Assembly: GCA_949290785.1 (NCBI GenBank)
Contig: CASETE010000012.1
Location: 431 to 64,430 of the forward strand
DNA: 64,000 nt
From: an uncultured Pseudomonadota bacterium
Lineage (GTDB): Bacteria > Pseudomonadota > Alphaproteobacteria > Rs-D84
Direction of reading: 5' to 3'
Positions 34,793 through 45,646 of this stretch are shown in pieces. The notes beneath the pieces were generated by a model that worked only from the letters and a program-made list of their open reading frames with translations, searched no databases and had not been told where the DNA came from. The stretch's first letter is position 1; every line of letters starts with the position of its first letter. The position numbers and the translations under genes were made by a program.

Positions 34793-35744
34793 GTCTTGTC
34801 CTAAAACTTGTTTTTGCACCTTCGGGCACAATCAAAATCCGCTGTCCCAGACGACGAATCGTACAATGACCCAAGGTAAATTTACAGTCAGTCTTTAATT
34901 TATCTAGTGCGTTTGACAGCGAATTCAAGCGTGGCTGATACTCGTCCCCCCCAATGCGTTGAATTAATGTACCAAGAAACTTTAACCTAATATCGGGGGC
35001 TTGGTCAAATAGAAAAGAATCAGAAAACATCGCACGCTTTTCTGTAAGCGCCTGTGTGATATATTCTTCTATCTCTGCATCCAACGCGTCGCGAATTCGC
35101 CCCAAGTTCTCAATAGCCAATAAAATTCTGTCATCAGAAATGCCTAATTTTTCAGACAATAAATGACGATTCTGCCTGATACGAACGCGCGTATAATGCG
35201 GGTCTTCGTTCATTTCGTCCATAAAGTATTTTATTCCATTATCGTCGCAATATCGCCGCAATTCTGAACGATGTACCCTTAATAAAGGCCTTACAATTTT
35301 AACGCCACCGCGCCAAGACACAGGACGCATAGCAGACAAACCGTATAAACCGCTGCCACGTCCAAGATTCATTAAAAAAGTCTCTATCTGGTCATCGGCA
35401 TGATGCGCCACCAATAATGCATCTATCCCCTTTTCAGCGCAAAAATCCGTCATTAATTGATAACGAGCCGTTCTGGCAGCGGCTTCTAACCCAGTAACCG
35501 GCTTTTCACCTGTCCAATAAAATATCTGACACGCAACGCCTAATTGCTTACATAAATCTTGCACATATTGCGTTTCAATCTCGGCGTTGGCTCGCAATCC
35601 ATGATTAACATGCAAACAAACGATATCTTTACGAAGTTGCGCCAACCAACATAATAAACATACCGAATCAATGCCGCCACTGACGGCAACCGCCAGTTTC
35701 TGATCTTGGTATTGCGCCATAAAATCAACAAAGTTTTTATTCAT
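34752..35744 (-). CDS. tilS: tRNA(Ile)-lysidine synthase
   Basis: PP-loop VAVSGGIDS and motif HVNHGLR. Confidence 0.9.
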   Translation of the reverse strand: MNKNFVDFMAQYQDQKLAVAVSGGIDSVCLLCWLAQLRKDIVCLHVNHGLRANAEIETQYVQDLCKQLGVACQIFYWTGEKPVTGLEAAARTARYQLMTDFCAEKGIDALLVAHHADDQIETFLMNLGRGSGLYGLSAMRPVSWRGGVKIVRPLLRVHRSELRRYCDDNGIKYFMDEMNEDPHYTRVRIRQNRHLLSEKLGISDDRILLAIENLGRIRDALDAEIEEYITQALTEKRAMFSDSFLFDQAPDIRLKFLGTLIQRIGGDEYQPRLNSLSNALDKLKTDCKFTLGHCTIRRLGQRILIVPEGAKTSFRTRHGRQKKQKDEHKK

Positions 35745-35794
35745 AATGACAATATTTTATGCTATAATTCGCAAAAATAAAGGAAAAATAAAAA

Positions 35795-36346
35795 ATGTCA
35801 CAAAAACCAAACACAATCGCTGTATATTGCGGTCATCAATACGGTACTAATCCAGAGTTTGCGCGCGACGCTAAAAAAGTCGGCGAATTGTTAGGAAAAA
35901 ATAAACTAGATATGGTTTTCGGCGGCGGAGATGTCGGTCTGATGGGCACCGTCGCAACGGCCGCGCTGGAAAACGGCGCACACGTAGTCGGCGTTTCTAC
36001 GCATAACGTTATAGAAAAGCAAGAACCCGTACACACCGGCGTAGAAATTCAGGTGGTAACTGGCGTGAACGAACGAAAACAAAAAATGTACGAACTTTCT
36101 GACGCTTTTATAATTTTACCCGGCGGAATCGGAACGTTAAACGAATTAACCGACATAATGACAATGCAACAAATCGGTGAATCCAGAAAACCTTTGTTCT
36201 TTTTAAATACCGCAAAATTCTGGGAACCGTTTGGAACCTTGTTCGTACATATGCAACAATGCGGTTTCATAGAAGACCTGAAAGACTATAACCTGCATGT
36301 TGCAGCCACTCCGGAAGAACTGATGGAATTAATAAAACAATATTAA
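35795..36346 (+). CDS. LOG family protein (cytokinin riboside 5'-monophosphate phosphoribohydrolase-like, TIGR00730)
   Basis: VFGGGDVGLMG and ILPGGIGTLNEL motifs. Confidence 0.85.
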   Translation: MSQKPNTIAVYCGHQYGTNPEFARDAKKVGELLGKNKLDMVFGGGDVGLMGTVATAALENGAHVVGVSTHNVIEKQEPVHTGVEIQVVTGVNERKQKMYELSDAFIILPGGIGTLNELTDIMTMQQIGESRKPLFFLNTAKFWEPFGTLFVHMQQCGFIEDLKDYNLHVAATPEELMELIKQY

Positions 36347-36558
36347 ATTTCTATCACTTTATCGCGACAGGTTTGACCGCGAATTATTTTAATGCTGGTC
36401 TTGGGTACATCATAGTACTTGGCCAGCATTTTTACTACCGCCTCGTTCGCTTGCCCGTCCGCAGGGGCCGACACTGTATGCACGCGTACAGTACCGTCAG
36501 CGTCAACGGTAATCTTATTCTGTCGCGCACGCGGAATAACACGAACTTTTATAATCAT
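36343..36558 (-). CDS. DUF167 (YggU-like) protein
   Basis: IKVRVIPRARQNKI...VSAPADGQANEAVVKMLAKYY is the typical UPF0235 pattern. Confidence 0.75.
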   Translation of the reverse strand: MIIKVRVIPRARQNKITVDADGTVRVHTVSAPADGQANEAVVKMLAKYYDVPKTSIKIIRGQTCRDKVIEI

Positions 36559-36929
36559 TTATCTGCTAAAATATTACGAAGATCTGTTTTTTTATCGCCC
36601 GCAACTAAATGCATATGAAAGTGAAATACAGACTGCTTTACAAACGGAGCATTTGCCCCGGCATTGGCCAAAACGTTAAAGTTTTCACAAATCCCTAATT
36701 TATTTGCGGTTTCTTTAAAGCAAATCCAAAAGTCCCTTTGCTCTTCCGGTTTTGCATGCATCACAAAGTCCAACACGTTTTCATATTCGCCCTTTGGTAT
36801 TACAAGAACATGCTTTTCAAACAGTGGGTTTATATCGTTAAAACTTAGCGCATGTTCGTTTTCTACGATTTTACTGCATGGTATTTCGTTTCTTATAATT
36901 TTTGCAAAAACATTGTTTTTATCATACAT
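36555..36929 (-). CDS. HIT family protein
   Basis: NVFAKIIRNEIP and the histidine triad HFHMHLV. Start is set at ATG 36929. Confidence 0.85.
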   Translation of the reverse strand: MYDKNNVFAKIIRNEIPCSKIVENEHALSFNDINPLFEKHVLVIPKGEYENVLDFVMHAKPEEQRDFWICFKETANKLGICENFNVLANAGANAPFVKQSVFHFHMHLVAGDKKTDLRNILADK

Positions 36930-37055
36930 ACTTTTCCCCTTGGTAACAAAGGGCAGAATATTACAACGCGCAAATAAAATCAAGCCTTGAAATCATGTTT
37001 TAACGCACTATATCTATGCCCAGAAGCAGACAGAATAGAATCAAGGAGAATAAAT

Positions 37056-37343
37056 ATGTTCAAACCTTTACATAATTATGTACTGTTGGAAAGAATAGAA
37101 GAAGAAAGTAAAACAGCAGGCGGAATAATCATCCCAGATAACGCAAAAGAAAAACCATCACGCGGGCGCGCAATCGCCGTTGGCGAAGGTGCGTTTGACG
37201 GCGACGATCGCATTCCTATGACGGTAAAAGTCGGCGACGTTGTCTTATTCGCAAAATGGGCTTCCAGCGCAAACGAAGTAAAAATAGACGGCAAAGATTA
37301 TGTGCTTATCAAAGAAACAGACATATTGGGAATCTTGGAATAA
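37056..37343 (+). CDS. groES: Co-chaperonin GroES
   Basis: [34 protein letters not shown] with RBS AAGGAGA. Start is moved to 37056. Confidence 0.95.
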   Translation: MFKPLHNYVLLERIEEESKTAGGIIIPDNAKEKPSRGRAIAVGEGAFDGDDRIPMTVKVGDVVLFAKWASSANEVKIDGKDYVLIKETDILGILE

Positions 37344-37360
37344 ACAAAAAGGGTTAAAAT

Positions 37361-38977
37361 ATGGCAAAAGAAATCGTTTTTGACACAGATAAAATGGCTG
37401 CCGGCGTTGATAAACTGGCAAACGCAGTAAAAATAACAATGGGCCCAAAAGGACGCACTGTTGTTATTGAAAAATCTTATGGCGCACCCGTCGCTACGAA
37501 AGATGGCGTAACCGTTGCAAAAGCAGTATCGCTTAAAGACCCACAAGAAAACATCGGCGCTCGCATGGTGCAAGAAGTTGCAAAAAAAGCGGGGGACGAT
37601 GCCGGTGACGGAACGACAACTGCAACCGTACTGGCACAAAAACTTATTCGCGAAGGTCGCCGTGTAATTGCAGCCGGAATGAATCCTATGGATATCAAAC
37701 GCGGAATTGATTTGGCAACAACGGCGGTCGTCGCAGATATTGAAAAACACGCACGCCCTGTAAAAGATAGCGCAGAAATTGCACAAGTCGCAACCATCTC
37801 TGCAAACAGCGATAATGACATAGGCGAAAAAATTGCAAACGCTATGGAAAAAGTGGGCAAAGAAGGCGTCATAACCGTTGAAGAAGCAAAAGGTTTAGAA
37901 ACAGAAATTGACGTCGTAGAAGGCATGCAATTTGACCAAGGATTTATGTCACCATACTTTGTCACGAACAGTGAAAAAATGCTGGCCGAACTTGACGGCG
38001 CACAGATTTTGGTTTCAGAAAAGAAAATAACGGGCTTGCAAGCATTGTTACCTATTTTGGAACCAATCGCACAATCAGGTCGCCCACTGTTGATTATCGC
38101 GGAAGACGTTGAATCCGAAGCCTTGGCAACATTGGTATTAAATAAATTACGTGGCGGCTTAAAAGTTTGCGCGGTAAAAGCACCCGGCTTTGGCGACAGA
38201 CGCAAAGAAATGCTGAAAGACATCGCCGCCGTCACAGGCGCAACCGTTGTATCAGATGATATGGGTATGACATTTGAAAATATTACCGCCGACGTTTTAG
38301 GAACAGCCAAAAAAGTAGTCGTAAGCAAAGATTCTACTCTGTTGGCCCAAGGTGGCGGCGATAAAAACGCAATTGACGCACGCGCAGACGAAATCCGTAA
38401 ATTACTGTCCACAAGCACAAGCGATTATGATAAAGAGAAATTATCTGAACGCTTGGCAAAACTTGTCGGCGGCGTTGCCGTCATCAAAGTCGGCGGTATG
38501 ACAGAAGTAGAAGTCAAAGAAAAGAAAGACCGCGTAGATGACGCATTAGCAGCAACACGCGCAGCAGTCGCAGAAGGCATCGTTGCCGGCGGCGGTATTG
38601 CACTTGTTCGCGCCGTAAATGCGCTTGAAAAACTGTCTGGTGCAAACCAAGACCAAAACGTCGGTATAGATATCGTTCGTAGAACTTTGATCGCACCTTG
38701 TGCACAAATTGCTGAAAACGCTGGTGTATCAGGCGAAATCGTTGTCGGCAAGGTAATGGAATCAAAAGACTATAACTTTGGCTATAACGCACAAACTGGT
38801 GAATATGTAGACATGATGAAAGCCGGTATCATTGACCCTGCAAAAGTTGTAAAGACGGCAATCCAAGCCGCAGCAAGCACAGCAGGCGTCTTACTTACAA
38901 CTGGTGCCGTTATGTCTGAAATTCCAGAAGAAAAACCCGCACAACAAATGCCGGGCGGTATGCCAGGAATGATGTAA
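37361..38977 (+). CDS. groEL: Chaperonin GroEL
   Basis: [12 protein letters not shown] motif, C-terminal GGMPGMM, full-length 538 aa. Confidence 0.98.
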   Translation: MAKEIVFDTDKMAAGVDKLANAVKITMGPKGRTVVIEKSYGAPVATKDGVTVAKAVSLKDPQENIGARMVQEVAKKAGDDAGDGTTTATVLAQKLIREGRRVIAAGMNPMDIKRGIDLATTAVVADIEKHARPVKDSAEIAQVATISANSDNDIGEKIANAMEKVGKEGVITVEEAKGLETEIDVVEGMQFDQGFMSPYFVTNSEKMLAELDGAQILVSEKKITGLQALLPILEPIAQSGRPLLIIAEDVESEALATLVLNKLRGGLKVCAVKAPGFGDRRKEMLKDIAAVTGATVVSDDMGMTFENITADVLGTAKKVVVSKDSTLLAQGGGDKNAIDARADEIRKLLSTSTSDYDKEKLSERLAKLVGGVAVIKVGGMTEVEVKEKKDRVDDALAATRAAVAEGIVAGGGIALVRAVNALEKLSGANQDQNVGIDIVRRTLIAPCAQIAENAGVSGEIVVGKVMESKDYNFGYNAQTGEYVDMMKAGIIDPAKVVKTAIQAAASTAGVLLTTGAVMSEIPEEKPAQQMPGGMPGMM

Positions 38978-38990
38978 TCAACATAAAAAC

Positions 38991-39017
38991 ACACCCCCTT
39001 GTATCGGGGGTGTTTTT
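38991..39017. terminator. Bidirectional terminator after groEL
   Basis: acaccccc-ttgtat-cgggggtgt followed by ttttt. Confidence 0.8.
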
Positions 39018-39023
39018 ATAATT

Positions 39024-39758
39024 TTAATATGTAAAATCTAATTTCAAATTCCCAAAATCATCGTGCGTCGCTTCGTTTACAAGAATCATATTTTCCCCTG
39101 CCGTCCACTTATTTGTAAGTTCTGGCGGAACAACATTATCCTTTGTTCCTGCATAATGAACCTGCGCAACATTGGGCAGTACTTCTAGATTCATAGAATT
39201 AGATAATGAACTGTCACCGAAATACTCTGTCCAATCCGCATGGTTTAAAACGCCTGCAACAGTTATCCATTTTTTCACATCTAATTCTGGATAATGCTCT
39301 ATCACCAAACCAGACACCATTGCGCCACCAGAATAACCAATTAAAGTTATCGGCGTCTTACCAGCAAGTTGTTTTATGGCCGCCGCCATTGAATCTATTA
39401 CGGCCCTATTAAAACGCCCATCCGTCCAATATGTCTGTTCGCACTGTGGCGACATTATAAACTGACAAGGGCGCGCAATATAAACCACGTTCGGAGAAGT
39501 ATCCGAAAACGCCAAATCACGCAAAAAAGTGCTTTTCGGACTGGGGTCAGACGTCGGCATTCCCCGCCCATTAAAAGCATGTCCGTCACCTTCTATATAA
39601 ATATGCACAGGGCTGATTGTATCAGTCTTCTTCTGCCAAACCGCGATATCAAAACCATTCGTTGAAACCACAGATTTTTCATAGTTCGCCGGGATATAAG
39701 GCGAGCCAGCACAACCACATAGACATAATAATATTATAAATAGTTTATACATTTTCAC
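39024..39758 (-). CDS. Alpha/beta hydrolase-fold lipoprotein
   Basis: Lipobox LCLCGCAG and nucleophile elbow LIGYSGGA (GxSxG). Confidence 0.7.
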   Translation of the reverse strand: MKMYKLFIILLCLCGCAGSPYIPANYEKSVVSTNGFDIAVWQKKTDTISPVHIYIEGDGHAFNGRGMPTSDPSPKSTFLRDLAFSDTSPNVVYIARPCQFIMSPQCEQTYWTDGRFNRAVIDSMAAAIKQLAGKTPITLIGYSGGAMVSGLVIEHYPELDVKKWITVAGVLNHADWTEYFGDSSLSNSMNLEVLPNVAQVHYAGTKDNVVPPELTNKWTAGENMILVNEATHDDFGNLKLDFTY

Positions 39759-39806
39759 CTTTAATTATATTATTCATACTCGCCACAACAGTCAAACCTA
39801 ATTTAT

Positions 39807-39859
39807 TTGACAAAAGACCTTGACAAAATACTTGACAAATACTATTTTTAGGGTATAGT
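39807..39859 (+). promoter_or_regulatory. Promoter with three tandem TTGACAAA boxes
   Basis: TTGACA occurs at 39807, 39820 and 39832 (12-13 bp spacing). The last copy is 16 nt upstream of TATAGT (39854-39859), about 30 nt before ATG 39889. Confidence 0.55.
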
Positions 39860-39888
39860 TAACACGTCAATATAAAAAAGGTAAGCAC

Positions 39889-40656
39889 ATGTTAAAAGCA
39901 TTAAAAATGAAAATGGCAACAAACCGCTTAAAAACCAAAAGCAAGACCACACGCAATAAAAATGCACGCTCTGCCGGCGAACAGACTCAGGGATTCTGGA
40001 CAAGCGTATTAAATGTGATATATGCGCCTTTCCGTTTTATCGGCCGTATATTTACAAAATTATGGTCTTGGATTCGCAGTTTGGATGTAATAGGACTTGT
40101 TAATATGACTTTATTAACTGCCATTATCGTACTATTTTCAATGCTTATTTTGGACATGACAATGTGCAATAAAAAGCCCGTTATAATAATAGCCAAAAAT
40201 GATATTGAACAATTTAATAACGCAAACTCTGCAAACGAACAAAATGCAAAAATTGCTGAAGCAAAGCAAACAACGTTACCAATTAAACGCGATGCCAATC
40301 GTAAATACACACAAAAAACCATTACAGCGGTACACGTTGAAAAATGCGAGGTTACAGAACGTCAAACTGCACGTGTAAAAAACACACTATATGGCGATAT
40401 CATTATTGATAGCCGTGGCGCCGCAGCGATTTTAAAAGACGGCGATAGCATCAAAGGAAATTTATTTATACAAAATATGCGTAAATATACGTTGCCTTGC
40501 GGCATGTATATTGACGGCGATTTATTCTTGCGCGACGTAAACATGTTACAATTCTGCGGCGACTTCACAGTTACAGGGAACATTTATGTCAGCCCACGTT
40601 CTTCCTTCGGGCCGATTCCGCGCACTGCAAGATTAGGCGGCCAAGTTATTTTATAA
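39889..40656 (+). CDS. Hypothetical membrane protein
   Basis: Basic N-terminus, one TM (VNMTLLTAIIVLFSMLILDM) and a C-terminal region with bactofilin-like beta pattern (weak). Confidence 0.6.
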   Translation: MLKALKMKMATNRLKTKSKTTRNKNARSAGEQTQGFWTSVLNVIYAPFRFIGRIFTKLWSWIRSLDVIGLVNMTLLTAIIVLFSMLILDMTMCNKKPVIIIAKNDIEQFNNANSANEQNAKIAEAKQTTLPIKRDANRKYTQKTITAVHVEKCEVTERQTARVKNTLYGDIIIDSRGAAAILKDGDSIKGNLFIQNMRKYTLPCGMYIDGDLFLRDVNMLQFCGDFTVTGNIYVSPRSSFGPIPRTARLGGQVIL

Positions 40657-40682
40657 AATATAACTTATGCGCTTACTGTAAA

Positions 40683-40707
40683 AGACCGCGAACCGCGGTC
40701 TTTTTTT
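40683..40707 (+). terminator. Intrinsic terminator
   Basis: agaccgcg-aa-ccgcggtct followed by ttttttt. Confidence 0.8.
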
Positions 40708-40767
40708 ATGGATTTTTTGCTTAAAATATGATATAATATTGTTACAGTTCAAATTAAGGAAGGAAAT

Positions 40768-41043
40768 ATGAACATGTTTGAAAAAATTTTAAACGTTTTT
40801 GGTAAAAACCTTGGTTATACGATTATATTAATCGTTGCCGTTGTATTTTTTGCTTATTTTTCTGATGGACTAATTCCCGGAATATTAACAGCATTAAGCG
40901 CTTTGGTTGCTTACGTTTGCATTGTTATGCTTTACAAAGAATTTAAAAAAGCATTTGCATCAAAACCAGTTGCACAACCAACAGCAACCGTTGCAAAAAA
41001 AGCACAAAAAAAAGTTACCAAAAAGAAAACAAATAAAAAATAA
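40768..41043 (+). CDS. Small membrane protein with Lys-rich tail
   Basis: RBS AAGGAAGGA, two TM helices and tail KKAQKKVTKKKTNKK. Confidence 0.6.
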   Translation: MNMFEKILNVFGKNLGYTIILIVAVVFFAYFSDGLIPGILTALSALVAYVCIVMLYKEFKKAFASKPVAQPTATVAKKAQKKVTKKKTNKK

Positions 41044-41060
41044 ACTTATTTAATCATTAA

Positions 41061-41089
41061 AAAAAATCCCGCGTTTGCGGGATTTTTTT
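41061..41089. terminator. Bidirectional terminator
   Basis: aaaaaaatcccgc-gttt-gcgggattttttt. Confidence 0.8.
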
Positions 41090-41432
41090 ATTTCGTTTCT
41101 GTACTTTCATTTTGAACAGGTATCTCTGAAACAACGTTATCAGATGCCATTTCTTGCTGTACCAGTTCTGTACGCAATTCACTTTGATACTTTGATGTAT
41201 CGGACCTTGAAGCAACCAAAGCCAACGCAGCACACAACACGAAGAATATAGTTGCCAACCAAGCAGTTGCCTTGGTTAAAAAGTTCCCCGCCGCAGCACC
41301 GGTCAAAGCACCGCCAAACATAGACGCAGCCGACGACCCGGACATACCGCTACCTTCTGATTTCTGTAACAAAATTAACCCTATCATAAAGATAGCAACG
41401 ATTATTAATAAAACTAATAAAATAGAAAACAT
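41088..41432 (-). CDS. secG: Preprotein translocase subunit SecG
   Basis: IVAIFMIGLILLQKSEGSGM signature and a second TM. Confidence 0.85.
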   Translation of the reverse strand: MFSILLVLLIIVAIFMIGLILLQKSEGSGMSGSSAASMFGGALTGAAAGNFLTKATAWLATIFFVLCAALALVASRSDTSKYQSELRTELVQQEMASDNVVSEIPVQNESTETK

Positions 41433-41476
41433 TTTTTATCCTTTGAATTGATACGGTGATTTTAATCGTCAAATAC

Positions 41477-42109
41477 CTAAATTGCAAGAATTTTCAATAA
41501 CTCTTCTGCCGCGGCAATGCTCGCAGTTTTTTTAGAAGTCCCCTGACCTGTCGCAGAATGCCCCATGGCAGTCACACGAACATGAAATACAGGACTGTGA
41601 GACGCACCCGTCGTCTCCAAAAACTCATATTCCGGCAAAGCACCATTATCATGTTTCTGCACCAGTTCTTGTAACATAGTCTTTGGGTCTTTGGGCGCCG
41701 TCAAATCCGCAGCCGCCAAATCACGCCAAATTTCTGTTATAACCCTTTGCGCCTCGCCAAAACCACCATCTAAAAATATCGCGCCAAACACGGCCTCCAT
41801 CGCGTCGGCCAACACATGCTGAACACGACCGGCCGTCATATGACCATGCCGAACACGACCAGACAAACCCAATTTACCTGCAACCAGAGCCAATGTATCC
41901 GTAGATACTAACATTGCATGACGACGCGCCAATTCACCTTCGGTTTCATTCGGAAACATTTCGTATAACAACGCGGCAACACTCAGTCCCAATACTCTAT
42001 CGCCGACAAATTCCAATCTTTCATTATTATTATCGGCATCAACGCCGCTTTGGGTCAAAGCCAATTCTAACAACTGTGGATTATTAAACTTATAATTTAA
42101 CGTAGACAA
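41477..42109 (-). CDS. rnc: Ribonuclease III
   Basis: ERLEFVGDRVLGL catalytic signature and a C-terminal dsRBD. The start is apparently TTG. Confidence 0.9.
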   Translation of the reverse strand: MSTLNYKFNNPQLLELALTQSGVDADNNNERLEFVGDRVLGLSVAALLYEMFPNETEGELARRHAMLVSTDTLALVAGKLGLSGRVRHGHMTAGRVQHVLADAMEAVFGAIFLDGGFGEAQRVITEIWRDLAAADLTAPKDPKTMLQELVQKHDNGALPEYEFLETTGASHSPVFHVRVTAMGHSATGQGTSKKTASIAAAEELLKILAI

Positions 42110-42110
42110 T

Positions 42111-42989
42111 TTATTTTATCCCCATACCAAATCTATCCCAACGCATCTTGTTTCCCCAACTCCATACAGCCAACATAGGCGCATAATAGTTGTGAGAATA
42201 CCAGATAAACCAAACCTTGCCTAATACATTGTCGCGCGGCACAAAACCAATGTCTGCCCGGCTGTCACCACTGTTATCACGGTTATCGCCCATAAAGAAG
42301 TAATGATTTTCAGGTACGGTAAACGCCGCAGTGTTATCAAAACGCGCGTCGTCTGCCATCTCTATTATACTATGTTGCACACCATTGGGCAGTGTTTCTG
42401 TATATTCCGTTGCATTAAATACCCCACACGCCCAATCATACATTTCACATAACTTATCATCCTTGTACTCAATAGTATAATTAAACTCTGCCGGTTTGTT
42501 ATCTACCCATATCTTATTTCCCTTTATGACCATATTGTCCTTGTAAAACCCAACGCTTCGTTGCGACTTTGGTAACACAGCCACGATATAAGGTCTGGGG
42601 TTATCACGAGGCACCTGCACGCCATTTATATGCAAACGCCCGTTTATCATCTGTACAGTATCACCGGGCTTTCCGATAAGACGCTTTACATAATCCTGCG
42701 ATTCATTTATCGGATTTCTGAATACTATGACATCACCAATTTCAGGCTCGGTCGCCCAAAAACGCCCGTTCCACAACTTCCAAGAACCAAAAGGAAAAGA
42801 ATAACGCGAATAACCATAAGACCACTTTTCTACAAAAATATGGTCGCCAACGTGCAACGTAGGTATCATAGATTCAGACGGAATATTAAACGGTTCTAGT
42901 AAAAAACTTCTGAACACAATTGCAATCAGCGCACCGTAAAATATCGTATTAAACCAATCACGTGCAACATTCGTCTTTTTTGCTGGCAT
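42111..42989 (-). CDS. lepB: Signal peptidase I
   Basis: IPSESMIPTL (catalytic Ser), VKRLIG (Lys) and GDNRDNSGDSR boxes. Confidence 0.92.
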   Translation of the reverse strand: MPAKKTNVARDWFNTIFYGALIAIVFRSFLLEPFNIPSESMIPTLHVGDHIFVEKWSYGYSRYSFPFGSWKLWNGRFWATEPEIGDVIVFRNPINESQDYVKRLIGKPGDTVQMINGRLHINGVQVPRDNPRPYIVAVLPKSQRSVGFYKDNMVIKGNKIWVDNKPAEFNYTIEYKDDKLCEMYDWACGVFNATEYTETLPNGVQHSIIEMADDARFDNTAAFTVPENHYFFMGDNRDNSGDSRADIGFVPRDNVLGKVWFIWYSHNYYAPMLAVWSWGNKMRWDRFGMGIK

Positions 42990-43057
42990 ATTTTTCCCTT
43001 TTTATTCGCCTTATTTTATAACTTGAATTGATTAAGCGCAAGTTATAATATACAAAC

Positions 43058-44584
43058 ATGATTTCATTAAAGTCAATCATTTTTAATGGCATGGACGCAA
43101 CACAAGTTGACGTCCAAGTACAACTGTCCGCGGGACTTGCAAAACCAGAATTTAATATCATCGGATTGGCCGACCGCGCAGTCAAAGAATCAGCAGAAAG
43201 AATTCGCAACGCATTGTCTGCCTTGAACTTATCTTTACCGCCAAAGCGACTGACGGTAAACCTGTCGCCAGCCGACCTAGAAAAAAGCGGTTCTCATTTT
43301 GATTTACCCATACTATGTGGAATTTTATGTGCAATCGGCGTCTTGCCAGAATCAGAATTATCCAAATACGTCATACTGGGCGAAATAGGCCTAAATGGTG
43401 CAATTTTAAAAACTAACGGCGTATTACCCGCAAGCGTATGGTCCAGCCAAAATGGCGTCGGCATAATATGTCCCGGCTCCCAGGGAAGTGAGGCACGTTG
43501 GGCCGGACACACTAATATACTTGCACCGTTTCACGTACTGGAACTGATAAATCACTTCAAGGGTACACAGATTCTGCCTCTGCCCCAGTTAATTAACCAA
43601 TCAACAGAACAAACAAATAACAACATTGACATGTCCGATATACACGGGCAACAATCTGCTAAACGCGCGCTAGAAATTGCCGCTGCTGGCGGTCACGCGA
43701 TGTTAATGGTTGGTCCGCCGGGTTCTGGAAAAACTATGCTGGCTTCACGTTTGCCAACCATATTACCAGAAATGACCCCAACCGAGATACTAGAAACGTC
43801 TATCATTTATTCAATCGCCGGTATGCTAAACGGACAAGGACTGATATCTGTCCGCCCGTTTCGTAGCGTACACCACACGTCCAGTGCCGTATCGTTAGCC
43901 GGCGGTGGCGCAGACGCAAAACCGGGTGAAATATCTTTGGCGCACAACGGCGTTTTATTCCTTGACGAGTTACCGGAATTTAACCGTTCTACGTTGGAAA
44001 TTTTACGGCAACCTATGGAGGCGGGAAAAATAATGGTTTCACGCGCAAAACGTACCGCTACTTATCCTGCCCGATTTCAATTAATTGCCGCGATGAACCC
44101 ATGCCCGTGCGGACATTTAGGTAACGCTGCTCTATCCTGTACAAAGGCGCCTCGTTGTGCAGAAGCTTATCAAAACAAAATTTCTGGTCCACTGCTTGAT
44201 AGAATTGATTTGCACGTTGACGTTGACCCTGTTAACCCTTGGGAAATGAAAACACAGCATACAGAACCCGCAGAAACAAGTGCTATCATTCGTGAACGCG
44301 TTGTAAGTGCATATTCGCGCCAAATTCAACGTCAAGGCAAACAAAACGCCCTCTTAGACGGCCCTGAACTGGAACGCTTTGCCACGTTATCTGACGAACT
44401 GACTGACTTTCTAAACAACGCTGCAGAAAAAATGGGCATGTCAGCGCGCGGATACAACAGGATAAAACGTATTGCAAGAACGATTGCGGATTTACGTGGT
44501 GCCGATAACATAGAAATGCAAGATTTAACCGAGGCACTATCCTATCGCCCGATTAATCGTGGTAAGTATGGCACAAAAATATAA
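43058..44584 (+). CDS. comM: Mg-chelatase-like AAA+ ATPase YifB/ComM
   Basis: N-terminal Lon-like domain, Walker A GPPGSGKT, GVLFLDELPEF and C-terminal SARGYNRIKRIARTIADL. Confidence 0.9.
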   Translation: MISLKSIIFNGMDATQVDVQVQLSAGLAKPEFNIIGLADRAVKESAERIRNALSALNLSLPPKRLTVNLSPADLEKSGSHFDLPILCGILCAIGVLPESELSKYVILGEIGLNGAILKTNGVLPASVWSSQNGVGIICPGSQGSEARWAGHTNILAPFHVLELINHFKGTQILPLPQLINQSTEQTNNNIDMSDIHGQQSAKRALEIAAAGGHAMLMVGPPGSGKTMLASRLPTILPEMTPTEILETSIIYSIAGMLNGQGLISVRPFRSVHHTSSAVSLAGGGADAKPGEISLAHNGVLFLDELPEFNRSTLEILRQPMEAGKIMVSRAKRTATYPARFQLIAAMNPCPCGHLGNAALSCTKAPRCAEAYQNKISGPLLDRIDLHVDVDPVNPWEMKTQHTEPAETSAIIRERVVSAYSRQIQRQGKQNALLDGPELERFATLSDELTDFLNNAAEKMGMSARGYNRIKRIARTIADLRGADNIEMQDLTEALSYRPINRGKYGTKI

Positions 44585-44602
44585 TTAACCTTGGATAAAA
44601 AA

Positions 44603-45589
44603 TCAAAATTCAAAGCGCAGGCCTAACATCAAATTCGTATAAATCATGTTTTCTGCGCTGAACCAATCGCGTTGACGCGTATCATCTTCATTAGACAGCG
44701 CCCACTTTATTTTCGGTATATAAGCGACCCTGGCACCCATATCCAAAAACAAACCGTCAGAAATACCATAAGAAAAACCAACAGCGATTATACCTGCAAC
44801 ATTAAACGAATTTATTTCAGACCTATAAAACTGTAAAATTCCGTAATTATCTAACTTGCCAAAATTCTGCAAGTCAACAGAGGTTGATAAATCGCCATAC
44901 AAATCAGACAAGTTCAAAACCGTCTTGGAATCTGCATACCCCACACCAAAACCAATATATGGCAGTGCCTTGCGTAACGGCTTTTCCAAACCGTCAAAGA
45001 AATCATAAAATCCCATAACGCTGATTATATCTGTTGATATGGTAGATTGAACACCGCCACTTTGTATGTGTAACACAACGCCCGATATGTCGCCACCGTT
45101 TAACGGCAAGTCACCCTCGTACAGTGGGGAAGCGTTATATTCGTTTTCTGTTATATGATCCCACCCTAATTCAACGCGCCACTGCGGATAATAAGGAATA
45201 ACCCAGCCCAAACTTGCACCGGCAGCAAAGGAAAAAGAAGAAAAATCTTTACTGGCAGGCAAATCTGCCAATTCACCAATTCCTATATACTGATATCCAC
45301 TGCAACCACCGCTGTCTGCACAAGCATTATAATGTTCGGCAGATACAACTATACCACTGGCTGGATCCATATAATACTCGCTGGTTAAAGAGCCGATATT
45401 ATTTTTGATGGACGCATTCGCAATTGACGCCCCACCGCGAAAAGACATGGTAAAACGACTGCCGTCATCTTGATACCAACCGTCGCCAACGTATGTGCCA
45501 GGATATTGCCAATTCGCATACGCCCCACCGCAAGCAAAACAAGACAGCATAGATATAAAAATATAATTCCTAATTCTCATACCTATCAT
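44603..45589 (-). CDS. Outer membrane beta-barrel protein
   Basis: Signal peptide ...GGAYA, alternating strands and C-terminal LMLGLRFEF. Confidence 0.7.
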   Translation of the reverse strand: MIGMRIRNYIFISMLSCFACGGAYANWQYPGTYVGDGWYQDDGSRFTMSFRGGASIANASIKNNIGSLTSEYYMDPASGIVVSAEHYNACADSGGCSGYQYIGIGELADLPASKDFSSFSFAAGASLGWVIPYYPQWRVELGWDHITENEYNASPLYEGDLPLNGGDISGVVLHIQSGGVQSTISTDIISVMGFYDFFDGLEKPLRKALPYIGFGVGYADSKTVLNLSDLYGDLSTSVDLQNFGKLDNYGILQFYRSEINSFNVAGIIAVGFSYGISDGLFLDMGARVAYIPKIKWALSNEDDTRQRDWFSAENMIYTNLMLGLRFEF

Positions 45590-45646
45590 TATATCACAAA
45601 AATGTTCGTTATAAAAACAGATTTTAACGGATTTTTTACATATAAA

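Noticed and set aside
37477-38751. Long antisense ORFs (313 aa and 108 aa) opposite groEL
   Set aside because: These are Ser/Ala/Pro-rich low-complexity translations typical of the reverse strand of a highly expressed, codon-biased gene. groEL on the plus strand is unambiguous.
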